From contig OZ316891.1 in assembly GCA_973895155.1 (NCBI GenBank), forward strand, positions 1 through 64,000: a DNA stretch of 64,000 nt, read 5' to 3'. The position numbers and the translations under genes are program-made. Below the pieces are notes generated by a model. It saw only the letters and a list, made by a program, of their open reading frames with translations. It had not been told where the DNA came from and made no database searches. The number at the start of each line of letters is the position of its first letter. Position 1 is the first letter of the stretch. This DNA is from Marsupella aquatica. Taxonomy: Eukaryota > Plantae > Marchantiophyta. Below are positions 49,001 through 61,710 of the stretch, piece after piece.

Positions 49001-52000
49001 AAATCTGCCAATGAACTATAACAGTAATAAGAGCACCAGACTTTGAGCTGCTCACCATCTACAGGGGATATTTGTGGACCACATTATACCCAAAGCGCAA
49101 GTTTTTAGTGTTGCACCCACAAAACTCACCACCTACACCATGAATTGATGACAAATCCAATTAATTTCACCATACACACAAGAGAAGACAACAGTTCCAG
49201 CTTATTGTGGGAATACCACACATCCCGAGTGGTACTGAATATGCAATCAATGAGGTCACACTTTTGCATCCATCCACAGCAATTCACCTTGCAATCATGA
49301 AATGGCGAGACCGTACTCTGCCTGTCATTGTGCTTTTGGTAAATTTTGCCAAATGCACCTCAGCTTCCTCCTCTTTGACTGTTGTTTTCGGGTTCAACAG
49401 TTGTATCCCCTTCACCAGTTCATACAGGATGTTCACTCCAGTCCACCGTCTCATTGGAGGAGTCCAAAACAACAGCTGACTCTTGTTCCGGCTCAAGTTG
49501 GGGTTCTGGGAAAAGCTCAACTTCAAGGTTGGGTGCTATACCCTTGACCTCATGCCAAGTCACCTCCCATAAACTATACCCACTTATACTACTCCGTTGC
49601 ACAATGACTCCTTCTTTGTGCATGATAACAACTTGTTCTTATACTACTCCGTTGCACAAGGACTCCTTCTTTGTGCATGATAGCAACTTGTTCTTCAACA
49701 ACTCAGGAATGACATCTTCCAACTTTTCACTGCTTTTTCCCCTCAGTCGGGGCTGAATCTCCATATCCAATCGGCCCACCACAGCCAGCCATATTGCTCA
49801 AAAACTAGGCAGCTAGCCCAAAGAGTTTACTGTTCACTTGCAGCACAATCTTGGACAATAACCGGGAAATCAATTGCAAGGGCGCATCCATACCACGATA
49901 CTCTATGGGTAGATGTCTGACACCAACATCCAACACATCATGAAGCATGACAAACATAACCTGGTGAAAGAAAAGGCCACATATTGTTAGAGGAAGCTGG
50001 ACATTATATGTAGAGGAGGATATACACCGCTGCAATCACAATATGGTCAATTTCCGAACTTCCTTTCTCTCTTCTGCCCACATACTCGTGTCAGAACTTG
50101 TGCTATGCAAAGCCATATCTCACCCACTTGTTATGTGCCCATAGATGCATCCTTTTTTAGGCCCTGTGTGGTGCATACACTATCAGCATTCTCGTCACCT
50201 GCATCTCATATCCAATGGGAGTAAACCTTAGCCTACTTCAAATACAATTTTACAGAGTGACCCGCTAAAACATGTACGGCACATACGCACCTCTTTGCAC
50301 ACCACCAACTGGAGGTTTTGCAAATGCTTGGGCAACATGGTGGCAGAGGATTCATTAGCTCAGCTCAAGTGGCCTCCAATCACTCGTCATAACTGTAAGA
50401 GTCTCAAAGCCTGCCTCAAAAGCCTCTAGATGGCGAGCAATGTGCCTTAATTTGTGAATGCTCTATCGTCTCGGCCTTCCTACTGCCTGTTGCCTAGACA
50501 ACCTGAGTCGCTCCTCTTTCAGTACTTCCTGCAATATTGCGTTATCCTTTTTTCCGCTACTCAAACTTCCGTGTACGCATTCATCAATCAGTGTCCTCTT
50601 TCTCTATTGTACATGCCACAATGTCTCCTCAATAGTATTCCTCATTAGGAAATGTGTAACAAACACTTCTTTTGTCTGCCCTAGACGATGAGTTCTGTCC
50701 ACTGCTTGATCTTCTGCTGTTGGATTCCACCATATATCTGTAAAGAGTACATGATTGGCAGCCGTGATATTTAATCCCGTATTGGCAGCCTTTAATGACA
50801 GTAGGGCGACTTGTATCTGAATCAATCCAGTGTAGTGAAATGCTTAGTGAGTGACCGATGTACAATTTCTCAAAAACATGCACCAAAACAACCTGTATGG
50901 GGTGCTTTATGCATACCTGGCGAGATTCGGCAAAGTCTCTCAGATTTTGGTCACGCTTCTCCAAACTCATGCTCCCGTCCACCCTTGTGAACTGGATGTT
51001 TGCACTTTCAAGAGTTCCTTGTAACAAGTCAATTAAGCCGGTCCATTGAGAAAACACAATGGTCTTATCGTCACTTCCAGACTCTCGCAGCTCGTTCAAG
51101 TAAGACATGACACCATCAATTTTGGGTGATGGCCCAGAAGTACGAAAACCGAGAATTTCCAAGTCCTCCTCTGCCAATTCAGTGCCAGACGACGTACATA
51201 TATCACATACTCTGTACACCGTACTCCATGAAATTTGCTGCTTACAGTGTGGTGCTCCGCATATTATGTCCTCTTCCAGCGGATCAAAATAACAAGCTGA
51301 ACTGGAACAGTAATAGTGACCACAGATGGAAATCATGGGGTCATCAAAAAGCTCACCCTGCAAATATTACAAAAATGGACTTCAAAGTTAGTGTGCAATG
51401 TCAAATGTTTCACCAATCGCCACCGGTTGAACAACACTCCCACGGGGTACTGGATTTACAAATAGGATTTACTATGTGCAAAAAATCACCTGGCACTTGT
51501 TACAAGTCACCCCTTCTGGAGCATCCAACAACTTGTTTACCAATTCGCCTGAACGGACTCCATCGGGTTGGATCTTGGGAGTATTCACGCTATCTTCTTT
51601 TTCATTGTGAAAGATGTCACGTCGTAGGCTTCGGCCTTAACTCAGACTTCAGCTTAGACGGGCACATCCCTCGTAAATCTGAGGGTTCGGGCAGGAAGGG
51701 AAGCACGTAATGCACCTTATTCTCGTAAACTAGCGCTAAGTGCGCATACTGCTAAATACGGACACCTCCTAGGTATGGTTTGTGTTCCGCCGCCGGAACG
51801 TACCTTAGTCGATAGCAGGATCGACCCCGGCTTAAGGGCTTCTAAGCCTTCGTGCTGTCCGCCTTCGATCCGGATTCGATGATACAGGTCCTCAACCCGT
51901 GCTCGCAACCACTTACCCGCAGGCTGCACCCTGTGCACGTCTCGGGTAGTGCGTTCGGCCTGGCGCTGCCACCCATATACGAGAAACCCACACACATATG

Positions 52001-52489
52001 CGCACACATGCATACAATCTCGATTTACACGAAGGAAAATGATGGGAAAGGATTTTACTACAAAGGGAACATATGCGTACACTTAGTTGACACGACAGCC
52101 CTGGAATGCACAGGTTCAAGGCCGAGGGTGCACACTACAACGGAGCCCGGCTCCGCACTCGCCCGGCGAGCTTAGTCCTACCCCCTCCCCTTGGTACTCT
52201 GTCATTCCCAGAGGTCGGGACTCCCCGCATGTCCCGCGGATGTCCGACTCTGAAACTAAAAACCCCCCCTGCCTCTACCGAGGGGTGCTCTAAATACTAA
52301 GAGCCGAGGAACAGGGTGTCCTCCCGCCGAAGATTCGCTGACTAAGGTCCTAACTAAGCTGACAATCAGGCCAGAAAACGGCTGTGTCTTATTAGAAGAT
52401 CCTAATCTACGCAGGCTGGACAGCAGGGCAGCGCTGCTGTACCTAAGGCAGGTGCCTGTCCCAAGAGCCTGACTAAGCCAATCCTAATC

Positions 52490-55193
52490 CTAATCTATTC
52501 CTACTCTGCCGCTAATGCCTGGCACGCTTGCCAGAGCCGCCGAATGGGAACGGCCATCCCGCTGCCTTCGAAGCCTGTCATTGTCCGCTTTGAGGAGCTG
52601 GACCTGGTCCAGCAGAGATTTGTTCTCTCGCCTTGCCGCGTCCGTCTCCTCTGCTGCCTCCTGACATGCCTCCTCCAGCTGCTGGGCGTCGCTCGTCAGT
52701 TTACTCGCCAGCTGGTCCTGCTTCTCGGCCTCGGTTTGGAGCCGCGCCATCTCGGCCTGCAGCGTGGCTATCTCCGTCGCGTCCCGCTGGGCTCGCTCCT
52801 CGGCCTCCTCCAGGTCTTTCTGCCAGGTGATAGCTTGTTTCTTCAAACTGTCAATCTGGTTCCGGAGTCGTGTAATCTCGGCCTCGTTCCCAGCTTTGGC
52901 CTGTTCGGCTAGGGCGGTAAGAGCGTACGCCTTTGCTAACAACTCATCGGCGGCTGCAACCTTGGGTCGTAGTTGCAGAAGCTCAGCCTCTTGAGCCGCC
53001 ACTTCGTTCTTTAGGTACACGGACTCCACCCGGTACCGCTCTATCCTCTGAAGGGCCTCCGACTGGGCCCGACCTGCCTTTACGGCGGCAACCAACTCCT
53101 GATTGAAGAAACAGGCTACCTTCCGGGCCATGAACTCCCCGGTATCCCGGGAAATTTGATGAGAGAAATCTCCCAGAAGCCCGTTCAGAAACGTACCCTG
53201 TACGAAGAGTTCCGGGTGGTCCAAGTTGTGCCTGTCCGGATTTGGGCACGGGCAGACATCAACACGCGCAGGGGCCGGGGCAGTGACGTCCAGCCCTGGG
53301 GACATAACGTTGGAAGGGGCTGGAGTGTCCTCCTGCAACGATGTCCAGTTCTCTGGAATTGCCACCGGCGGGTCCTTGGGAGACCCGGGTTCGGGTAAGA
53401 CCTCTGCCGTACCAACTTCTGTACTTAGCCCGGCTAGTTGGGTTGCATCAACGGTTGCGACGACCGACCCCTCCGGCGCCTCCTCGGTTACGATTACAGC
53501 TATTTGTGGAGGTGGGGTGGGTGAAGCTGGCGTGTCCACTGGACTTCGGGCCTCGGGTTGGGGCCGTCTCTCCAATGCCGGAAAAACCCACCTAGCTGGG
53601 ACCAGCCTTGTAACGTTGATGCGGGGAAGGGTTCGTCGATCAAACCGGGCGTACCACTCAAGAATGATTTCGATATGGCTAGCGAAATACGCCTTCCCGC
53701 CAATGTACAGCGTCTTCCTTCGCCGCTCCATCTCTTCATGGAATTTCTTAGCGAAGTACGATGCCCATTTCCTAGGTCGATAGTTCTCGACCTGGATAAC
53801 CTGGGCGGCGTAGATCTCCCCCCGGGGTTCCATCATGTGGAGAGCGTACCCTAAACCCTAAACCCTAAACCCTAAATCCTCTGGAACTCCAGCCGCTCAG
53901 CTATCTCGGGCATGAGGCAGGTCCTCATCACGAACCCGTTGTCTACTGATCCCTCTGAGGGAAAACTTGAAGATTGGTACTTGGCCCCCTTGGCCCCGGG
54001 AGCCCGTGATTCGACTCGATGGTCACCTTCGGGTAACCCGAAGATCATCTTGAGCCGTTCTTCTGTGAGGGACATATTCCTTCCCCGCAGCCGAGTCTAT
54101 TGATGTACGTCGTCATAATTCTTGACGAATTCTGTCATGTCCTCCCCGTAGTACCTGCAAGTGTTCCAGGGGAGAGAGGTGAGGTGCTCAAATCCCTGAG
54201 TCTTCAGGTACACCGCATGCTTGGGATGGAGGATGTTGCTATGAACGTTTTCCCCCATGCGATGCATCGTCACCTTGGCTACGGCTACCGTGGCCAACGG
54301 TAACCCGGATGCAGTGGCGGATTCCTTCCTCTTCTTTCCCCGTGACTGACTCGGGGAAGGTGATACTTCCCCATCCTCCCGATCGGGCCTGGGGAGTGCC
54401 ACTGCGGTTGGTAACGGGCCCGGGGCGGCCACGGTCACTATGTTGTCTGCTGGGGCCGCTCTTGGGGTCAGAGGGGGGGTGGGGACGATATAGTGTCGGC
54501 CCCCCGAGCGCTTGTTCCTCTGGGCCGCCTGGTCAAGGGTGGGGTAGCCTCGTCGTCATCGCTAAGATCCACAGCGTTGATGACGGAGCGTACCTGTGCT
54601 GGCTGGGTGATAGGTGGTGGGGTTTGGCTAGGCTGCGGCTGAGGCTGAAGCTGAAGCTGAGGTTGAGGCTGAAGCTGAGGTTGCATGGGCACGGGTACGG
54701 GTACGGGCCCGGCTGAGTTGGTCATGTTGGTTGATGGCCGAGTTCCCATGAAGCTCTGCAGGTGCTGGTAGAAGTTCTCCGAAGCGAGTGCGGACGCCCT
54801 TGTCAAACGGTTGGTACTGGACTCGCCGTTAATGACAGCCCGAACCTGGGCAGGGATGTGGTCGAAGTGATGTCGCTGCAGGTCGATTGTACCCGGGATA
54901 TTGAAGACCTCGTCCGGAAGCCGAAGCAATGCTTCCCAGAACCCGATATATTTGTCTCCGTTGAAGAAGTACCCAGATACCTCAGCTGGTCGGTAAAGCT
55001 CGCTCTGAGACGGGTAGTCAAAGTTAAGGACGTAGTGGTGTCGTCTTGCTAGGCGGATGGCTCTCTCGTATTCGCGTTCGATCTCGTATCGGCGCGGGTT
55101 GGCGTGTTTCAATGAATCGGCCAAGTGCCTTCCGGTAGATAGGAACTGCGTCCAGAATCGAATGGCCCAGCTGGAGAGGATCGTGTGCGACAT
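52490..55193 (-). pseudogene. ~890-aa gene inside the insertion: N-terminal domain, PQ-rich linker, plant-transposon-protein-like domain, Pro-rich linker, coiled coil; three lesions
   Basis: Four ORFs join through a frameshift in the C-run at ~54473-54479, an in-frame TAG at 54097-54099 and a 29-nt telomere insertion at 53849-53877. The domain aligns with 27347..28936 (H..YL...G, DM..F..N.D, ERLEFQ..ALH, W..Y, F.SH..I.L). Confidence 0.8.
53849..53876 (-). repeat. (TTTAGGG)4 inserted within coding sequence
   Basis: CCCTAAA x4 on the plus strand. Confidence 0.95.
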
Positions 55194-55293
55194 TCAGAGG
55201 AGATAGTAGTGGCGACCTAGAGAGAACGAGAGAGCTGGGGTCGAAGCTGGCGCGTGGATTGATGGACTGGTGCACTACAAAGGGTTGGCTCCC

Positions 55294-55301
55294 CTTTTAT
55301 A
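55294..55301 (-). promoter_or_regulatory. Candidate TATA box of the 4-kb insertion
   Basis: TATAAAAG on the minus strand ~100 nt upstream of ATG 55193, followed by a CT-rich leader; ~360 nt from the element end. Confidence 0.55.
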
Positions 55302-58300
55302 CTTTGAGGGCTTGTCGATCCCCGACGTCTCCTCGACGCCCATAGGTTGAACCGCTCACGCTTGTGGTGTACCGGCCACTCCGCCGGTCTGAGTCAACGT
55401 GCGTCAGTGGCCGCTTCCTTAAGTTCGTTATACGGACCCGAGGGAGGGGCCCCTCCACGCTCGTAACCCGGGTGTGCGAATAGCGACCCGCCGCCAGCCC
55501 GAACCTGAAGTCCCCCTTATTGCCTAATGATGTCCTACCCCTAATGATTACCTAAATACTGTCGTTATGCTAATAATAGCGGCCTAAGACCCACCTAACG
55601 CGCGTGCCGAGCGCAGTTAGACTGAATCACTCATTAACCGCCATACCGGCGGCGTCACAAAAGACAAGGTCACGATGCCCACAGTGGCGTCTCATTCTCA
55701 GCATCAATGACAGCAATTTAGCTTTCTCTTTCTTATTTCCCTTCTGTGAAGCCCACAAATCGACCCGGTTGAGTAATTGTACAAAACAACAGGGCAACCA
55801 CGGTATCTGTGCACAATTGAAGAATGACAAAGTACACCCACATAGGGTGGGCCAAACTTTGGACATACCGAGTCTTCCGCTGCACTCCTTGCCTCTAATT
55901 TCTTATACACTATGGCATCGCCTTCAACTAAAAAGTCGAGATGAGCTACTCTTACATGCTTCTTAGGTAGATTCAGGATACCTGCAAACAAAATATGTCC
56001 AGCTATAAGATTGCATACAAACATACAACACATCTAAATCCATATGAAATTCAACCAATTCCAAATAATGGAAAAGTCCAATTCCAACACATGTGAACAT
56101 TGTAGTTGTAGTTGTCTTACTCTTATCTCTTCTCAATGTAATGGCCCTCAGCTCCTTGTGTAGTATTGCGTGTCCAGCTTTCCTACTTTTTGCAATATGC
56201 TACCTCAAAATCTTGAACCGGTCTATGTCACAGTAAGGGGGGTATCCAAGAAATTTGAAATAATTGTATGCCTCCCAAGTAGAATTTGACACAGGAGTTC
56301 CACTTACACACCATCTGCTTCTTGCATGTAGGTTGCAAGCAGCTAATGCTCTGCCACTCCTATGGTTTGAGATTGCCTGACACTCGTCTAGAATCACCCT
56401 GTACCATTGTACCTGCTCCAGGCAAGGAGGCAATGGATCCTTCGTTTTCTTGGGTGTTGGCTCCACAGGAATTTTTTGACTTAATTTCCCTTTCCTTCTC
56501 AGTGTAGGTGGGTCCGCAGTGGAATGTTGGGCGAGAGTGCCATAAGTGGTAATTATAACATCGTATAAGGCCAACTGCTTTGGATCCATACATCTGTCCG
56601 ACCCGTGAAATATTAACACCTTTACATTTGCCCTTGCAGTAGTTTAGTGGTAATCTCACGTTTCCATTGAGTCATAACACTTCCAGGACAAACGATAAGG
56701 GTCTTGCTTCTGGGTGGTCGATTGGTGACTAAGAGTGTAATCAGTTGAATTGTCTTCCCCATTCCCTACCAACAAATACAGTTAGTTCATTTCATGCAAT
56801 GGGGAAGAAAATTCCAAGTTCACACCACAAAACACATGATGACCCTGAAGTCAATGCGCAGCCCACTCAACATTAGGAAATGATGTGAGCTTTAGGGTTT
56901 TACCTGGTCATCTGCCAAAATACCCCCAAAACATTGGGAATCACCACTCTCCCTTGACAACATCCAGAATAGACCTTTCCGTTGATGTTGATAAACTGTC
57001 ACATTTTGCATAAGCCCATCTGGTGGGCTTGCTTCTCCTGTGAAGTCCCTATCATCGATGTATTCCTGCAATGGTCACGGAATAACAGTCAGCCTTCTTA
57101 ACCGGCTCTACTCATCCAAACTGAGTATTTGGACAAGACGCTGCGACATGGTTAGTTTACTCACTCGTTCCTCTGCTTGCAAAAAAGGTTGGACTCGGAC
57201 TCGGGGAAAGTCCATCTCTGAATCTGAATCTGAACAGGAATCTGCGATTGTACGACGCACGGAGGTAGCGTCAATGTCAATATGATCCAAGCTATCCCCT
57301 TCATTATCAAAAGACCACAACAGTCGTCGCCTTTTTGGGGGGTCCTCCAAATTAATACGAGTCAATTGCGAGACCACAGATGGAGAACAACTTGCAATCT
57401 CATCCCTCTGTACGCGATTTTTACATGGCACTGGCACTGTTGTCATTTCATTGTTGGAGGTTGAACCAAGTAATGGACGTCCATGAGCTTGCCTCTTTGG
57501 TTCCGCGATGAACGGTATAACTGGTTCAGCGTTCGACACTTGCTTTCTCTTCAAATTCCTCACTGTACATTCCAACTCTTCAACCTTTGCAAGAGCTATG
57601 TGCAATTGGTCATCCTTGAATTTTAATTCTACTTTCTGAGTCGAAATTATTTGTTGCAAGTCTACATTCTCGCCCAATCTACAATGCACCTGTTCAAGCT
57701 CTGCCATTGTACGCTCTAAGTCCAATTTCAAAGACTCCACGTTAGTGCGCTGAGTATTGCGTTCGGCAGTGCACTTTGCTACCTCATTTCTCAGTTCCCC
57801 CATGCACATTTCGTTCTCCTTCAAAGCTTTGTGAGCAATTGCGTATTCCGCCTTCAGCCTTGTCTGTTCTACAAGTGCTCGTTGAAGGTCTTCCAACTTG
57901 CTCTATGACTCTAATCTGAACAACTGAAGTTGTGTGCTCACATCATCTCGTTGTTTAGTGCACCCTGCAAGTTCACTTTCCAATTCTTCCATGCGCATTT
58001 GGATATCCTTCAAAGCACATTCAGCACCTAAACATGATTCCATGCGCACTGCCTGCTCTACAACCTTCCGTTGAACATCTTCAAACTTGCAGTCTGACGA
58101 CAATTTCAACAACTCAAGTTCATTGATCGCGGCATCTCGTCCTGCAACACACCTTTCAAGGTCAGCACTCAATTCTGCCATGCGCGATTGGTCCTCCTTC
58201 CAACCTTGTTCAGCAGCTTGGTAATTGTCATTGCGCTTTGTCACCTGCACAAGCTTTTCTTCAAGGTCTTTCAACTTCCATTGTGACTGCAATTTGAACT

Positions 58301-60201
58301 CTTCAAATTCGCTGGTGACCGCATCTCGTTCTGCAATGCCCATTTGAAGTTCAGCACTCAATTCTGCCATGCGTGATTGGTCCTCCTTCCAACCTTGTTC
58401 AGCAGCTTGGTATTCGTCATTGCGCTTTGTCACCTGCACAAGCTTTTCTTCAAGGTCTTTCAACTTGCATTGTGACTAAATTTGAACTCTTCAAATTTGC
58501 TGGTGATAGCATCTCGTCCTACAGTGCCCATTTGAAGTTCAACACTCAATTCTGCCATGCGCGATTGGTCCTTCTTCCAACCTTGTTCAGCAGCTTGGTA
58601 TTCATCATTGCGCATTGTCACCTGCATAAGCTTTTCTTCAAGGTCTTTCAACCTGGACTGTGACTGCAATTTGAACTCTTCAAATTCGCTAGTGACCGCA
58701 TCTCGTTCCGCAGTGCCCATTTGAAGTTCAGCACTCAATTCTGTCATGCGTGATTGGTCCTCCTTCCAACCTTGTTCAGCAGCTTGGTATTCGTCATTGC
58801 GCTTTGTCACCTGCACAAGATTTTCTTCAAGGTCTTTCAACCTGCATTGTGACTGCAATTTGAACTCTTCAAATTTGTTGGTGATCGCATCTCGTCCTGT
58901 AGTGCCCATTTGAAGTTCAACACTCAATTCTGCCATACGTGATTGGTCCTCCTTCCAACCTTGTTCAGCAGCTTGGTATTCGTCACTGCGCATTGTCACC
59001 TGCACAAGCTTTTCTTCAAGGTCTTTCAACCTGCATTGTGACTGCAATTTGAACACCTCAAATTCTCTGGTGACCGCATCTCGTCCTGCATTGCACATTT
59101 CTTGTTCAACACTCAAATTTGCCAGCACGATTGGTTCTCATTCCAACCTTCTCCAGCATCTTCATATTCGTCATTTCGCATTGTCTGTGCCATCAACTCC
59201 CCTTCAAGGTCATCAATCCTGCCTTCTAACTTTGATTCCGATGACTGAAGTTTACATTGATACCGTTGTGGCATTCCCTCTTATTTGTGGACGAACAAAC
59301 AAATCATTGAATTCAGGACAGTGCATTCTCTGCCTATACTTGGCAAATGTACCAGATGGCAGCTTGAATGCCGCACGTAACACATCTTGTGTGATTTTCA
59401 ATGAACATCCTCAGAATTCATTGGATTTTGATGCATAATCAAATCCCAACACAAACTCCTTCACCCCACATACGGCTGTTATGTTGTAATCAATCCCAAA
59501 AGTTTGTTGCAGACCAAGGTTGAAAATCATTGACGATCGAGTTGGATCACCTCCCACCAAACTACGAATTCGTTCTGGTGTGCAGGAATGCCACAACGTT
59601 CCAGTGCCGCCTGTTTCAATTCCAACCCACGGATTGTCAAAATGTTCCACATATCATCACTAAACCGCAATGAAAAATTCAACTATATGCAATGACGACC
59701 AACTATTAAGTATTGTAATCCAAACCTTCCTTTTCCACCTCCTTGTAGGGCTGGACCTCGTCGTAAGGTGACTCTGCCTTGTCCTCCATGTTTTGGATCT
59801 ACTGTGCTTGAAATTCACTTCTGTCATATGAAAGGTAGTCCAATTAAGTAAACCCTAATCCTATCACCAACACATTGCCGTGAGCAACTCATGAGGCTTA
59901 CTCGACGGAAGGAGGGTATTGACACGCAAGGAGCCTCTCAAAACATGACAGATTCCATTTCTGCAAAGCTACTTGTTGCTCTATTGGATGCTGTCAATCC
60001 ATGTACTTAAACTTAAACTCCTTGTTGTGAAGAAACATTCCCTTTGTTATGAAGCGTCTTGTCCAAGTCACTGCCAACCTTTCTGGAATCCGGAAGATGC
60101 GAACTAAAATGCTCCTATATTGTCAGCACCCCATAAGCACCAAAGTTGTGCACAGTTGGTGCTCGGGTAAAGGGCGTTGTACAGTCCTTCTGTATTACCC
60201 G

Positions 60202-61710
60202 AGCACACTGTGGTTGTGCGTTATAGAATACCCCATCCCTCGTACCCCCAACCTTCAAAATACTGTAATTTGATACATACATACCCTTCGGTGCACATTG
60301 ACATTGTTTTGCATTACCCCAGAACATGGTGGCTGTGGGTTTTGGAAAACCCCATCCCTCGTACCCCCCAACCTTTAAAATACTGTAATTTGATAATACA
60401 TGTACCCTTTGGAACACATTGGCACTTGTATTACCTCATGGTGGTTGTGCGTTTTGGAATACCCCATCCCTCGTACCTCAACCTTCAAAATACTGTAATT
60501 TGATACATACATACCCTTCAAAGCACATTGGCACTTGCATTACCCGAGCACTTGGTGACTATGCGTTTTGGAATACCCCATCCCTCGTACCCCCCAACCT
60601 TCAAAATACTGTAATTTGATATATACATACCCTTCGGAGCACATTGGCACTTGCATTACCCCAGCACATGGTGGCTGTGCATTTTGGAATACCCCATCCC
60701 TCGTACCCCCCAACCTTCAATACTGTAATTTGATACATACGTACCCTTCGGTGCACATTTACATTTGCATTACCCCAGCACATGGTGGCTGTGCATTTTG
60801 GAATACCCCATCCCTCATACCCCTCAACCTTCAAAATACTGTAATCTGATATATACATACCCTTTGGAGCACATTGGCACTTGCATTACCCCAGCACATG
60901 GTGGCTGTGAGTTTTGGAATACCCCATCCGTCGTACCCCCCAACCTTCAAAATACTGTAATTTGATATATAGATACCCTTTGGAGCACATTGGCACTTGC
61001 ATTACCCCAGCACATGGTGGCTGTGCATTTTGGAATACCCCATCCGTCATACCACCCAACCTTCAAAATACTGTAATTTGAAACATACATACCCATCCGA
61101 GCACATGGACATTTGCATTACCCCAGCACATGGTGGCTGTGCATTTTGGAATACCCCATCCCTCATACCCCTCAACCTTCAAAATACTGTAATCTGATAT
61201 ATACATACCCTTTGGAGCACATTGGCACTTGCATTACCCCAGCACATGGTGGCTGTGAGTTTTGGAATACCCCATCCGTCGTACCCCCCAACCTTCAAAA
61301 TACTGTAATTTGATATATAGATACCCTTTGGAGCACATTGGCACTTGCATTACCCCAGCACATGGTGGCTGTGCATTTTGGAATACCCCATCCGTTGTAC
61401 CACCCAACCTTCAAAATACTGTAATTTGAAACATACATACCCATCCGAGCACATGGACATTTGCATTACCCCAGCACATGGTGGCTGTGCATTTGGAATA
61501 CCCCATCCCTCATACCCCTCAACCTTCAAAATACTATAATCTGATATATACATACCCTTCGGAGCACATTGGCACTTGTATTACCCCAGCACATGGTGGC
61601 TGTGAGTTTTGGAATACCCCATCCCTCGTACCCCCCAACCTTCAAAATATTGTAATTTGATACAAACATACCCTTTGGAGCACATTGACATTTGCATTAC
61701 CCCAGCACAT
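60202..61710. repeat. 116-bp tandem satellite (~13 units)
   Basis: Offset to copy 1 grows from 45817 to 46165 (3 x 116) across the array. Confidence 0.93.

Larger units (their letters stand above)
51615..55659 (-). mobile_element. 4045-bp TG..CA insertion with 5-bp TSD AAAGA; solo-LTR-like, carries one long gene
   Basis: Ends TGTCACGTCG.. and ..GGCGTCACA (imperfect inverted ends typical of LTRs); AAAGA at 51610-51614 and 55660-55664. Removal rejoins SNF2 (GHRDLVF|HNE). No internal LTR pair and no gag/pol; visibly GC-richer than the flanks. Confidence 0.88.
50463..59650 (-). pseudogene. Chimeric pseudogene: transposon-protein-like domain + 63-aa coiled-coil repeats + SNF2-RING-helicase (RAD5/16-like, FRG/CHR27-28/RIS1 type), split by the 51615-55659 insertion
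   Basis: YQHQRKGLFWM..GGILADDQ|intron 56903-56766|GMGKT, TLIVCP, VIITTYG, WYRVILDEC, RWCVSGTP, LLSLMLRMRRHCGH. RING CNKC|intron|..CGHYYC..C..C. KTIVFSQW, LLSLKAANTGLNITAANHV..WWNPTAEDQAVDRTHRLGQ. Several TAG stops and frameshifts. Confidence 0.88.

Noticed and set aside
53856-53876. Telomere tract as a GT..AG micro-intron
   Set aside because: The longest GT..AG span is 20 nt, far too short for a plant intron; an insertion explains the paralog alignment exactly
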